From assembly GCF_006345805.1 (NCBI RefSeq), contig NC_043007.1, positions 11,284,001 through 11,348,000 of the forward strand: 64,000 nt of DNA, given 5' to 3'. The translations under genes were made by a program, and so were the position numbers. Below, in pieces: positions 38,617 through 50,423 of the stretch. The DNA is from Octopus sinensis. Taxonomy: Eukaryota. Each line of letters begins with the position of its first letter. Within the stretch, counting starts at the first letter, position 1. The notes under the pieces were generated by a model that saw only the letters and a list, made by a program, of their open reading frames with translations, was not told the origin of the DNA and made no database searches.

Positions 38617-38825
38617 GTATACGATAAGATTCCATACTTTGATAGCACCAAGATAATATCCCAAGTACTTGTAGACTACATAAGCTATATACATCATTCC
38701 AGTTTATACTGTAAAGATGAAAGCAACAACCAACGACCATCCTTTGAGGAGAAGCATGATTCAGAATACTGGCACATGCATCTTCGTTTATCAATGATTC
38801 ATTTATCACTGATCCAGGAAAACAT
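38617..38825 (+). CDS. Candidate coding exon (phase 0-2), longest one
   Basis: 69 open codons without ATG, VYDKIPYFDSTKIISQVLVDYISYIHHSSLYC...YWHMHLRLSMIHLSLIQEN; TAG acceptor, GTTATG donor; phase-compatible with 36440-36542 and 42799-42855. Confidence 0.55.
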
Positions 38826-39035
38826 GTTATGTTAATTGTGAACTGTATTAACCTTATCACAAATTGATCTGTGACACTATGGGTCATCAGTCCTGGCCAG
38901 TCAAAGGTTCTGTGTGAATCATAAAAACACACTCCTGGTGACCATCCATGATGATTGGTACTATTGAGTGTCTTGGAATGAAACTCTCTGTTTCCTATAC
39001 ATTCTATTATTTATTTATCACTGATTCATTTAACA

Positions 39036-39648
39036 TGCGTTTGGGGGTTTCTTTGAACCAAACAAAGGAATTGTAGGAGAAAGTTCAGAGAATATGCAGC
39101 ATGTATAACAAGGAGAGTACAGGAGGCGGTCGAAAAATCCAGCTTCTATATATGGCTGAAGCAGGAAGACCAAAAATGGCTTGAAAATCATAACATGCCG
39201 GTGGGAAATAACATCACTAGGTGAGACAAGCTGACACTGAATCAGTTTCGCTGACTGACAGGTGACGGTCGTTTAGAGAATGCGTGGATTAAGACTATGC
39301 ACTTTCACTAGTCAGTTAAGGTGAGACAGTGTCACGTGACAACTTGCTGGGGCTGCCTGCTGGAGCCTAGCGGCAGGTATTTAAAGGGAAAAATTTGACA
39401 AGTCAGTCAGTCACCGGCTGACACTCACTGACGATACATCGAAGAGGCCAGGGAACAGAAGAAAGAAGATATGCACCCAACACCAGAGCTGAAGACACCT
39501 CCAAAAGGGGGTGGCCCTGTCACAGCAAAACGGTAGAGGAGTAGGGGCCGAAACCGGACGTGGTTCCTCCTGATGATGTCTTGAGCTAACTGGATCCTAT
39601 AAAGGAGCTGTTGTGGTAGCAGACCACGAAACACGGTTGTAATTCCTC
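39036..39648 (+). mobile_element. Probable HERO/R2-group (RLE) non-LTR element 3' end plus 425-bp downstream segment
   Basis: Reads ...ACITRRVQEAVEKSSFYIWLKQEDQKW...ITR* (stop 39222-39224), similar from memory to the AE.AS.W.W.KR terminus of HERO-type ORFs. 39223-39648 recurs inverted at 52413-52836. Confidence 0.5.
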
Positions 39649-39852
39649 AGATGGAAAGAGGTAAGCTGGAAGAATTGATAACACATTGGACAAAATGCTT
39701 AGTGGCACTTCTCCTGGCTGCTTTTGTTCTGAGTTCAAATACCACTGAAATCAACTTTGCCTATCATTTTTTCAGGGTCATTCAGATCACGTACCATTCA
39801 AGTACTGGAGTTTATGTGTTGCTGGCTTTGAATCCTGCAATAGACTATTGAT

Positions 39853-40144
39853 GCTCCATCGGTTATGATGACAAGGGTTCCAGTTGACCTGATCCATGGA
39901 ACAGCCTGCTTGGGAAATTATTGTGTAAGTGGATGAGCGCTCCACAGACACGTGTACCCTTAATGTAGTTCTCACAAAGATTCACCATGACACAGAATGT
40001 AACAAGGCTGGACCTTTGAATTACAGGTACTCATTTTTACCAGCTGAATGGACTGGAGCAATATGAAATAAAGTGTCTTGCTTAAGGACTCAATGCACTG
40101 CCATGACTCAAACTGAGTTGAATACACTAACCACTGAGCCACAC
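39853..40144 (-). mobile_element. SINE family D head with tail Y
   Basis: CORE-like part (GGAGCAATATGAAATAAAGTGTCTTG on +) joined to the 3' half seen at 7873-8060. Confidence 0.75.
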
Positions 40145-40168
40145 ATATTTACACAATAAACCAGTATA

Positions 40169-40583
40169 GGCATAGAAGTGGCTGTGTGGTAAGTAGCTTG
40201 CTTACAAACCACATGGTTCCGGGTTCAGTCTCACTGCGTGGCACCTTGGGTAAGTGTCTTCTACTATAGCTTCAGGCCGACCAAAGCCTTGTGAGTGGAT
40301 TTGGTAGACAGAAACTGAAAGAAGCCCGTCGTATATATGTATATGTATATATATATATATTATATATATATATATGTTTGTGTGTCTGTGTTTGTCCCCC
40401 CAACATCGCTTGACAACTGATGCTAGTGTGTTTACGACCCCGTAACTTAGCGGTTCAGCAAAAGAGACCGATAGAATAAGTACTAGGCTTACAAAGAATA
40501 AGTCTGGGGTCAATTTGCTCAACTAAAGGCAATGCTCCAGCATGGCCACAGTCACATGACTGAAACAAGTAAAAGAGTAAAGA
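40169..40583 (+). mobile_element. SINE family A
   Basis: Full-length homolog. Confidence 0.9.
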
Positions 40584-41012
40584 GATTATCTCGTTCTGGG
40601 GGCACTTTGTGATGTCGATCATTTGCACATCACAGAGACTAAGTAATTGGTCTATGAGTCCTAGGGTTGAAGAAAAATAGCATTATATGTGTTTAAAAGT
40701 AATACCAGACTTGATAGACTCTTTACCAAAATTAAGCTAATCCAGGAATCTCTAGAACATAAAAAGTGTATCTCTAATATTCTTTTCTACTCTAGGCACA
40801 AGGCCTAAAATTTTGGGGCAAAGTCGACCTCAGTGAAATTTGAACTTAGAACATAAAGACAGACGAAACACTGCTAAGCATTTTGCCTGGCATGCTACCG
40901 TTTCAGCCAGCTCACCACCTTCCTATCCACAATATATGTTTTTTCTACTCTAGGCATAAGGCCCAAAATTTTTGAGGAGGGGGCCAGTCGACTAGATCGA
41001 CCCCAGTATGCA

Positions 41013-41350
41013 TCATCATCATCATCATCATCATTTAGCATCCGTTTTCCATGCTAGCATGGGTTGGACGGTTCAACTGGGGTCTGTGAAGCCAGAAGGC
41101 TGCACCAGGCTCCAATCTTGATCTGGCAGTGTTTCTACAGCTGGATACCCTTCCTAACGCCAACCACTCCGCGAGTGTAGTGGGTGCTTTTTACGTGCCA
41201 CCCGCACAGGAGCCAGACGGAGCTGGCAAACGGCCACGAACGGATGGTGCTTTTACGTGCCACCGGCACGGGGGCCAGGCGAGGCTGGCAACGGACACGA
41301 ACGGATGGTGCTTTTACATGCCACCGGCATGGAGGCCAGTCGGGGGCGGC
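41013..41350 (-). mobile_element. Family E: RTE-type 3'UTR repeat with (GAT)n tail and ~60-bp internal tandem units
   Basis: GGTTGGCGTTAGGAAGGG(C/T)ATCCAGC motif; other copies near 582-885 (-), 4555-4868 (+), 24100-24312 (+), 24338-24610 (-), 28836-29090 (-), 33818-34095 (+), 54760-54970 (+). Confidence 0.75.
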
Positions 41351-41542
41351 ATCTAGTACTTAATTTATCAACCCCGAAAGGATGAAAGGCAAAATCAACC
41401 TCAGCGGAATTTGAACTCTGAACGTAAAGACAGATGAAATACTGCTAAGCATTTCACTCAGAGTGCTGACTTGTCTGCCAGCTCACCCCTTGTGTATCTC
41501 CAATATTCTATGTATTTAACTGATTTTATAAAAGGGAAATGT

Positions 41543-41877
41543 GAAGGCGCATGGCTCAGTGGTTAGAGCGTCGAGCTTACGATCATGAGGTTGTGAGCTC
41601 GAATGCCGGACCGGGCTGCGTGTTGTGTTCTTGAACAAAGCACTTTATTTCACGTTGCTCCAGTTCACTCAGCTGTAGAAATGAGTTGCGACGTCACTGG
41701 TGCCAAGCTGTATCGGCCCCTTTGCCTTTCCCTTGGATAACACTGGTGGCGTGGAGAGGGGAGGCTGGTATGCATGGGCGACTGCTAGTCTTCCATAAAC
41801 ATCATTGTCCGGACTTGTGCCTGGGAGGGTAACTTTCTAGGTGCAATCCCATGGTCATTCATGACCGAAGGGGGTCT
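41543..41877 (+). mobile_element. SINE family D (CORE-like domain) with tail Z
   Basis: tRNA head, then GTGTTCTTGAACAAAGCACTTTATTTCACGTTGCTCCAGTTCACTCAGCTGTAGAAATG resembling the CORE consensus; homologs at 36593-36927 (+) and 56641-56974 (-). Confidence 0.85.
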
Positions 41878-41931
41878 AGAAAAAAAATTAAAGGGAAAAT
41901 AGCGTATCAATATGACAGGAAACTGTATAGG

Positions 41932-42523
41932 TTCAGGCATGGCTGTGTGGTAAGAAGTTTGCTTCCCAGTCACATTGTTCCAGGTTCAGTCCCACTCTGT
42001 AGCACATTGGACAAGTGTCTTCTACTATAGCCTCAGGCTGGCTAAAGCCTTGCAAGTGGATCTGGTAGATGGAAACTCAAAGAGGCCGAGCTGGCAGAAT
42101 CATTAGCACACCAGGAGAAATGCTTAGCAGTATTTTGTCTGCCACTACGTTCTGAGTTCAAATTCTGCTGAGGGCAACTTTGCCTTTCATCCTTTCGGGG
42201 TCGATAAATTAAGTACCAGTTAAGCACTGGGGTCGAAGTAATCGACTTAATCGGTTTGTCTGTCCTTGTTTGTCCCTCAGTGTTTAGCCCTTTGTGGGTA
42301 GTAAAGAAATAGGTATTTCGTCTGCTGTTATGTTCAGAGTTCAAATTCCACCAAGGTTGACTTTGCCTTTCATCCTTTTGGGGTCAATAAATTAAGTACC
42401 AGTTACGCACTGGGGTCGATGTAATCAATTTAATCTCTTTGTCTGTCCTTGTTTGTCCCCTCTATGTTTAGCGCCTTGTGGGCAATAATGAAATAGGAAA
42501 CTCAAAGAAGCCCATTGTCTATA

Positions 42524-42554
<31 letters not shown>

Positions 42555-42740
42555 TTGTTCCCCACTATCATCTGACAACCAGTGTTAGTTCGTTCACATC
42601 CCCATAATTTAACAGTTCTGCAAAAGAAACCAACAGAATAAGTGCTAGGCTTTAAAAAAACGAAAAACAAATATTGGTGTCAATTCATTCGACTAAAATT
42701 CCTGGGACACAGCCGCAGAGTAATGTCTGAAACTAGTAAA
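41932..42740 (+). mobile_element. SINE family A split by a family B1 SINE
   Basis: 13-bp TSD GGAAACTCAAAGA at 42071-42083 and 42496-42508 flanks the B1 insert. Confidence 0.85.
42084..42495 (+). mobile_element. SINE family B1 dimer inserted in SINE A
   Basis: 13-bp TSD; ends GAAATA with no poly(A). Confidence 0.9.
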
Positions 42741-42798
42741 AAAAAAAAAAAAAGAATTCATCAGTGTTAAAGTGGTTAGGAGCATTACTAGCCCTTAG

Positions 42799-42855
42799 TT
42801 GTGAAATAAAAGTTTCTGGTTGGAATCCAGTCTGGTATTATATTCATAGTCAGGC
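42799..42855 (+). CDS. Candidate coding exon (phase 2-2)
   Basis: GCCCTTAG acceptor, GTAAGA donor; CEIKVSGWNPVWYYIHSQ. Confidence 0.45.
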
Positions 42856-43207
42856 GTAAGACGCCTGATGACAATTGGGGATTATGTGAATTGTAATTCA
42901 ATGAAGATGTACATATTAAAGATGGGCTTGATAGCCCCTTAAAAAGTGGTAATAGTACATGAATATAAAAATATATACACATGCACATGCACTCATATGT
43001 ATGTATATGTAAATGTATATATATACATGTGTGTATACACACATATCTATATGTGTGTATGTGTATGTGTGTGTATTATATATTTTTATATACATATATA
43101 TACATACATACATATATATATGTAGATATATATCCAATATAATGCGAATGAGTCAATATTAAATTAAAATAGCCATCTATGTATCATCTGTGTATATATT
43201 ATTATTA

Positions 43208-43238
<31 letters not shown>

Positions 43239-43265
43239 CTTCGTTATTATTACACACACACACAT

Positions 43266-43298
<33 letters not shown>

Positions 43299-43328
43299 CA
43301 TATCTCCCTCTCTGTCTCTCCCCCTCCT

Positions 43329-43366
<38 letters not shown>

Positions 43367-43393
43367 CATACATACATACATACATACATCCAT

Positions 43394-43430
<37 letters not shown>

Positions 43431-43772
43431 TACATATAAAAACTAGTTTAAAATATAATTTCCCATGTGTGAAATAAATTTAGAAGAATAAATTGAATCA
43501 ATAAGTAAATTTCAAGTCAGTGGATCTAAAAAATTGTCATTCTGTATATTTAGATATATTAGATACATAAAACTTTAATATAACAACTAAGAACAGTAAT
43601 TGCAAATATGAAATCAACCAATAAAAACAACAAAAAAAATGTTAGTGTTTAGTTGGGTGGAAAGCCTTCCAAAATTGTGTTTAATATTTACCTCACTGCT
43701 CAAAAAAATAGTTTCAAAACCAATTTCAAGCATTGCTTACCATTTTTTGTATGATATTTGGTTTGGACTTAG

Positions 43773-44813
43773 GGTGAGGAGCTTGCAGAATTGTTAGCAT
43801 GCTAGACAAAATTCTTAGTGGTATTTCGCATATCGCTACATTCTGAGTTCAAATTCTGCTGACGTCGACTTTGCCTTTCATCCTTTCGGGTTTGGGTTCG
43901 ATCTAATCAACTGGCCCCCTCCCCAGAAATTTTAAGCCTTGTACCTAGAGTAGAAAAGAATATTTTCAAGTGGCAGAAATGTTAGTATGCTGGGCAAAAT
44001 TCTTAGTGGTATTTCGCATATCGCTACGTTCTGAGTTCAAATTCTGCTGAGGTCAACTTTGCCTTTCATCCTTTCGGGTTCGATAAATTAAGTAACAGTT
44101 GCATACTGGGGTCGATCTAATCAACTGGCCCCCTCCCCAGAAATTTTAAGCCTTGTACCTAGAGTAGAAAAGAATATTTTCAAGTGGCAGAAATGTTAGT
44201 ATGCTGGGCAAAATTCTTAGTGGTATTTCGCATATCGCTACGTTCTGAGTTCAAATTCTGCTGAGGTCAACTTTGCCTTTCATCCTTTCGGGTTCGATAA
44301 ATTAAGTAACAGTTGCATACTGGGGTCGATCTAATCAACTGGCCCCTCCCCCAAAATTTCAGATCTTGTGCCTAGAGCAGAGAAGGATATTTTCAAGTGG
44401 CAGAAACATTAGCACGGTGGGCAAAATGCTTAGCAGTTTTTCATTGGTCTTCACATTCTGAGTTCAAATTCTGCCAAGGTCAACTTTGCCTTTCATCCTT
44501 TCGGGTTCGATAAATTAAGTATCAGTTGCATACTGGGGTCGATCTAATCGACTGGACCCCTCCCCCCAAATTTCAGAATATTTTCAAGTGGCAGAAATGT
44601 TAGCACGCTGGGCAAAATGCTTAGCAGTATTTCGTCTGTCTTTACGTTCTCAGTTCAAATTCAGCTGAAGTTGATTTTGCCTTTCATCCTTTCAAGGTCA
44701 ATATATTAAGTACCAGTTGCAAACTGGGTCGATCTAATCGACTGCCCCACCCTCCCACCACCACCACGCCATACACCCACCAAAAATTTCGGGCCTTGTG
44801 CCTAGAGTAGAAA
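43773..44813 (+). repeat. Head-to-tail array of five family B2 SINE units (about 190-215 bp)
   Basis: Unit starts near 43773, 43974, 44186, 44398, 44589; constant junction GAATATTTTCAAGTGGCAGAA. Confidence 0.9.
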
Positions 44814-44965
44814 CGCATTTAAAGTTTTATTTACCATTTTTGTGCGCAATATTTTCTTTGTACATGCTTGCATAACTTTGCTACATACCTACCAGCTATG
44901 TATGAATTAATAGATGCAAATTTAATTTGTAAATAAAATTATTGTTGAAATACTCAATGTTTATC

Positions 44966-45405
44966 TAACTAAGCAAAAGCTTAATCTAAAAATTTAATCT
45001 AAGAATTAGAATTTTCTATTATTTTTTAACCGTTTCATTTTTTTCACAGCAGACTAAAACGTTGACATCTACAGAATTTTGTAATTCATTTGCGACATTA
45101 TTATCTCTTGTATAATTATTGGCATTTTCTATTTCTTTCAAGCCAATATCACTGTCTGTATTAAATAGAATCTTTATAAGGTTTGTATTATTGCTAAATG
45201 AGAGAACACTCAGCTATAGCAATAAAAATTCTAATGAGTATTAGAAAATTCAATTCTTCATTTATATTTTTTTCTTCTTTAAATTGGCTGTTAAACTCAG
45301 AATTTCTTTTGACATTTTGAAATATAAACGAGTCATTTAATCACATTCTATGGTGTTTTCTGACATTATTGTCAACAATAATAATAGCAATTTTAACAGT
45401 TGGAA
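44966..45405. repeat. Second copy of the 440-bp segment
   Basis: See 4883-5322. Confidence 0.9.
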
Positions 45406-45992
45406 GAATCCTCATCGTCGTCATCGTCATCATCATCATTATCATCATCATCATCGTCATCGTCATTTAAATGTCTACATTTCCATACTTGAATAGACCT
45501 GAAGCAAACTTTCCCTGCCCAGATGCTTTTCCTGCTGCTCACCTTCACCTGTTTCCAAGTGAGGTAATATTCCCCCCCCCTCCCCCGTGACTAGACGACA
45601 TGTCTTCACAGGAAACTGGAAATGAATGATACTGCTTACGTAACAGTGACATACATTTACAACTGTTATGCCATATCACGACAAAGAGACACAAGCATAC
45701 AAATACATAATTGCACACAGACATGTACTTATATACATACATAAATGGAGGGCAGCACTGGACGAACCGGTGTTTCCACACCTTTTTACCATAAGAGAGA
45801 CTTATTCTCTATGGTAAGTGCAGTGTATTTGTCTTTTAGCAGCTGATATATGTCACAAACATATTTCAACTAGACAAAATTCTGCTCATGCCTAAACACT
45901 GCTTTTCACTAATGCTTCATTATACGTAAGTATGTATGTATATATCTATATGTATGTATGCATGTATGTATGTATATATGTATGTATGTATG

Positions 45993-46023
<31 letters not shown>

Positions 46024-46069
46024 TTATCTATCTAAATATATTTATGTGTCTGTGTGTGTGTGTGTATAC

Positions 46070-46434
46070 ATATACTCTTTTACTCTTTTACGTGTTTCAG
46101 TCATTTGACTGTGGCCATGCTGGAGCACCGCCTTTAGTCGAGCAAATTGACCCCAGGACTTAGTCTTTGTACGCCTAGTACTTATTCTATCAGTCTCTTT
46201 TGGCAAACTGCAAAGTTACGGTGATGTAAACACACCAGCAATTGGTTGTCAAGTGATGTTTGGGGGACAAACATAGACACACAAATGTATACACACACAC
46301 ATACATACATATATATATATATATATAAACGACGGGCTTCTTTCATTTTCCGTCTACCAAATCAGCCTTAGGCTATAGTAGAAGACACTTGCCCAAGGTG
46401 CAACACAGTGGGACTGAAGCTGGAACCATGTGGT
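46070..46434 (-). mobile_element. SINE family A, head truncated at the mariner junction
   Basis: Homolog; joins the transposase at an AACC microhomology. Confidence 0.85.
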
Positions 46435-47216
46435 TCTCCTGCTTGTGTGGCATGGTGCAGAGTCCTGTTGCCAGAAATAGAGTCTTCCAGCAGCCACCCT
46501 CTTCACCCAGGGCAGCACTACCTCCTCCAGGCATGTGATGTAGGCCTTTGTGTTTAGCCTGAGGCCATGTGGGAAGATGAATGGAGGTATAACATCACCA
46601 TCACTAGGGATCACTCTGGATGTTTGATTTTTATCACTCTTGATACATGTTTTGAGGGCACAGCAAGCGAACAGTTTTTCTGTGTGTTCACCATCTGAAC
46701 CTAGCAGAAATTTTTTCTTGTCTGAGAAAAACCAAAGCATGTTCGACTGGAGGGGATGTTTGAGTTGGTTCAAAAATTTGTCCTTGATGGCTTGGGATAA
46801 AAAATTGGCCCCTTCTCATTTTGTATGAGGAATACTGAATGTCTTCAAGCACTACTTGCCGGATAAGAAACTCAGACACTCCCGTGTCCCTGGTGATGAA
46901 CCTCATTGGCTTAGAGGGATGGTTGTCAATCAAGGCCTGGATCTCACCAACAAATTCAAGAGTCCTTTTGTTATCAGAATGATCAGAGTGAGTTTTCCTG
47001 AGCTGCCGTACCTTCGTAATCATTATTAAACTCAGCCAGCTCTTTCCAAATCCTCTGCATTGTCCTCAGATTCACACCCAAACACTCTGAAATGTTTGTA
47101 TTGGAGCTTCTGGCATGAATGCCAAGCAATGCAGCTTGTCCTTTCCAAATTTCTAGCAGAGTTAATTGTATCATGGTGCTGTTTTTCTCCCAAATGGTTC
47201 CCAACTGACCCTACTG
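46434..47216 (-). mobile_element. Decayed Tc1/mariner transposon (maT/DD37D-like), 3'-truncated
   Basis: Frameshifted pieces: HTH-like ISECLGVNLRTMQRI, LWFFSDKKKF, IPSDGDVIPPFIFPHGLRLNTKAYITCLEEVVLPWV...WQQDSAPCHTSRRT. Likely terminus CAGTAGGGTC next to TA at 47217-47218. Confidence 0.85.
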
Positions 47217-47366
47217 TACTGTGCAGTTGACAAAATCAAAAACAAACAATACCCATATGTGAAATTAAGACTACGAAATGGTGACAATTTACCCACTGTA
47301 CCTTTTATATATATAGACAAATTTACATGGAAATGCATGTGTGACATTCAATCAAATAATAATATG

Positions 47367-47395
<29 letters not shown>

Positions 47396-47401
<6 letters not shown>

Positions 47402-49290
47402 CATATATATATATATATATAGGCATATATACATATATGTACATAGATACATATACATGTATGTAGATATGCATATATGGGTACAGGACATCACAAAATG
47501 TAAACAACATGAAATACGAAAATAAAGTTGGGTATGTGAACAAGGTGTAGGAGTGGCTGTGTGGTAAGTAACTTGCTTATGAACCATATGGTTCCAGGTT
47601 CACTCCCACTGCGTGACACTTTGGGCAAGTGTCTTCTACTATAGCCTCGGGCCGACCAAAGCCTTGTGAGCAGATTTGGTAGATGGAAACTGAAAGAAGC
47701 CCGTCTTATATATGTATATATATGTATGTGTGTGTATATGTTTGTGCGTCTGTGTTGCCCCCTCCCGCCCCCAACATAGCTTGACAACCGATGCTGTGTG
47801 TTTACGTCCCCGTAACTTAGCAGTTTGGCAATAAAGACCGATAGAATAAGTACTAGGCTTACAAAGAATAAGTCCTGGGGTCGATTTGGTCGACTAAAGG
47901 CGGTGCTCTAGCATGGCCACAGTCAAATGACTGAAACAAGTAAAAGAGTAATGAGAGAAACAAATGGCAAACAAGATGAGTAACATAAAAAAATGACCCT
48001 TCATCAGTTGTCGACTGTCCTTAATGCTCAAAATAAGGAGTAGAAGGACAGCCAACAACTGATGAAGGGTCGTCTTTTATGTTACTCGTCTTGTTTTTCT
48101 TGTTATTTGCATCCCCAACTTTATTTTCGTATTTCATGTTGTTTACATTTTGTGATGTCCTGTACCCATATATGTATATTGATATACATGTATATGTATG
48201 TATGTACATATATGTATGCATATATGCCTATATATATATATAGGCATATATGCATATATATATATATAGGCATATATATATATATATATATATAGGCATA
48301 TATACATATATGTACATAGATACATATACATGTATGTAGATATGCATATATGGGTACAGGACATCACAAAATGTAAACAACATGAAATACGAAAATAAAG
48401 TTGGGTATGTGAACAAGGTGTAGGAGTGGCTGTGTGGTAAGTAACTTGCTTATGAACCATATGGTTCCAGGTTCACTCCCACTGCGTGACACTTTGGGCA
48501 AGTGTCTTCTACTATAGCCTCGGGCCGACCAAAGCCTTGTGAGCAGATTTGGTAGATGGAAACTGAAAGAAGCCCGTCTTATATATGTATATATATGTAT
48601 GTGTGTGTATATGTTTGTGCGTCTGTGTTTGCCCCCTCCCGCCCCCAACATAGCTTGACAACCGATGCTGGTGTGTTTACGTCCCCGTAACTTAGCAGTT
48701 TGGCAATAAAGACCGATAGAATAAGTACTAGGCTTACAAAGAATAAGTCCTGGGGTCGATTTGGTCGACTAAAGGCGGTGCTCTAGCATGGCCACAGTCA
48801 AATGACTGAAACAAGTAAAAGAGTAATGAGAGAAACAAATGGCAAACAAGATGAGTAACATAAAAAAATGACCCTTCATCAGTTGTCGACTGTCCTTAAT
48901 GCTCAAAATAAGGAGTAGAAGGACAGCCAACAACTGATGAAGGGTCGTCTTTTATGTTACTCGTCTTGTTTTTCTTGTTATTTGCATCCCCAACTTTATT
49001 TTCGTATTTCATGTTGTTTACATTTTGTGATGTCCTGTACCCATATATGTATATCGATATACATGTATATGTATGTATGTACATATATGTATGCATATAT
49101 GCCTATATATATATATAGGCATATATGCATATATGCCTATATATATATATGCATATATGCCTATATATATATATGCATATATGCCTATATATATATATGC
49201 ATATATGCCTATATATATGCATATATGCCTATATATATATATATATATGCATATATGCCTATATATATATATATATAGGCATATATGCAT
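47396..49290. repeat. Tandem duplication (period about 874 bp) of a SINE-A-interrupted fold-back element
   Basis: Anchors GGGTACAGG at 47479/48352 and GACCCTTCATCAG at 47995/48870; each unit has inverted arms around a ~21-nt loop; SINE A at 47544-47950 and 48417-48825. Confidence 0.9.
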
Positions 49291-49761
49291 ATATATATAT
49301 ATAAATTTGTGTTATTTTGTTGCTCTTTCTCGTCAAAGAAATACAAATACACACACACATACACAGAGTATGAGCTTCTTTCCATTTCTGTCAATAAAAT
49401 CCACTTACACTTAAAGTATGACAGAAGAACTCAAACAGGTGTCTGGCTAAGACAGAAATATAATATAATATATAGTAATATGATATGATATACGATATAG
49501 CAATAAATCAATATATTGATCTCTTATCTAGACACATGATCAGGAATTACTTTGGGAAAGGAACAGCCAATTATATCACCCCCCCCCCTCAGTATTCAAG
49601 TGGTACTTATTTTATCAGACTCCAGAAGATTAAAGTCAAAGTTGACCCAGAGAAGGTTTGAACTCAGAACGTGAAGGTATGTCTTCTGCTCTACCAATTC
49701 ACCACTTATGAGATGGTGAAGTTGGCCAGTATAGAGGGCAAACCACCTTACAGTGTAACAA

Positions 49762-50162
49762 TCTTTATATATAAAAGTCAAGTTGTGTGTCTGTCTCCTA
49801 CGATTTAGATTCCTAACTACTCCCACATTTTGCGGTGCAGTGTAACCAAAAGCGGGTATCTTATAGTCGTGATTCATATAGAGCCCTTCTGGGTATTATT
49901 AGTGCGCGTCTACGATGAGTCTACGATTTAAAAAATATTTTACCATCATTTTTTTCCATTTTAATGCATTTTTTCGCTATTATATAAGGGCAGTAACTCT
50001 CTAAAAATGTCTACGATGAGTCAACGATTTAAAAAAAAATTTACCATCATTTTTTTCCATTTTTAATGCATTTTTTTTGCTACTTTTTGGCTATAACTCT
50101 CTAAAAATGCTTATATAGTTATTTCCCTTACAAACCCGAGCAATGCCGGACGATACTGCTAG
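49762..50162 (+). mobile_element. Non-autonomous Helitron
   Basis: 5' TC after A, 3' CTAG before T, subterminal GC hairpin CCCGAGCAATGCCGG at about 50135-50149, no TSD; internal ~100-bp tandem duplication. Confidence 0.8.
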
Positions 50163-50423
50163 TATAATATAAAGTAGAAACATGATTTTTGTATAAGATA
50201 TACAGAGGAGGAGGAGGAAAGGGGAAGTGTGGAGAAGGAAGAGGGCTAAAGACATAGCTAGCCAGACATAGAGAGATTGTCTTGCCTGGACATCCTACTT
50301 GATGAAAATTACCAAATAGGACGAATTTGCAGAGTGCACAAAATCTAGGGAAGAAGGGCTGGGTTGAAAGTCTTTAACAAGATTTGAGAGAGAACTTGGG
50401 ACTATGTTGTTGGGATGCATACT

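Noticed and set aside
38609-38932. 107-aa minus-strand ORF as a gene
   Set aside because: Overlaps a plus-strand frame with better splice-phase support; probably the antisense shadow, though not excluded.
39560-39648. Hammerhead from CTGATGA (39570) to GAAAC-ACGGTTGTA
   Set aside because: Core words and a stem III exist, but the flanks are direct repeats (TTCCTC), so stem I cannot form.
43773-44813. Regular repeat array as CRISPR or tRNA cluster
   Set aside because: Whole units are homologous SINE copies with no unique spacers or complete cloverleaf.
47995-48075. Hammerhead at CTGATGAAGGG in the fold-back arms
   Set aside because: No GAAA or stem II closure downstream on either strand.
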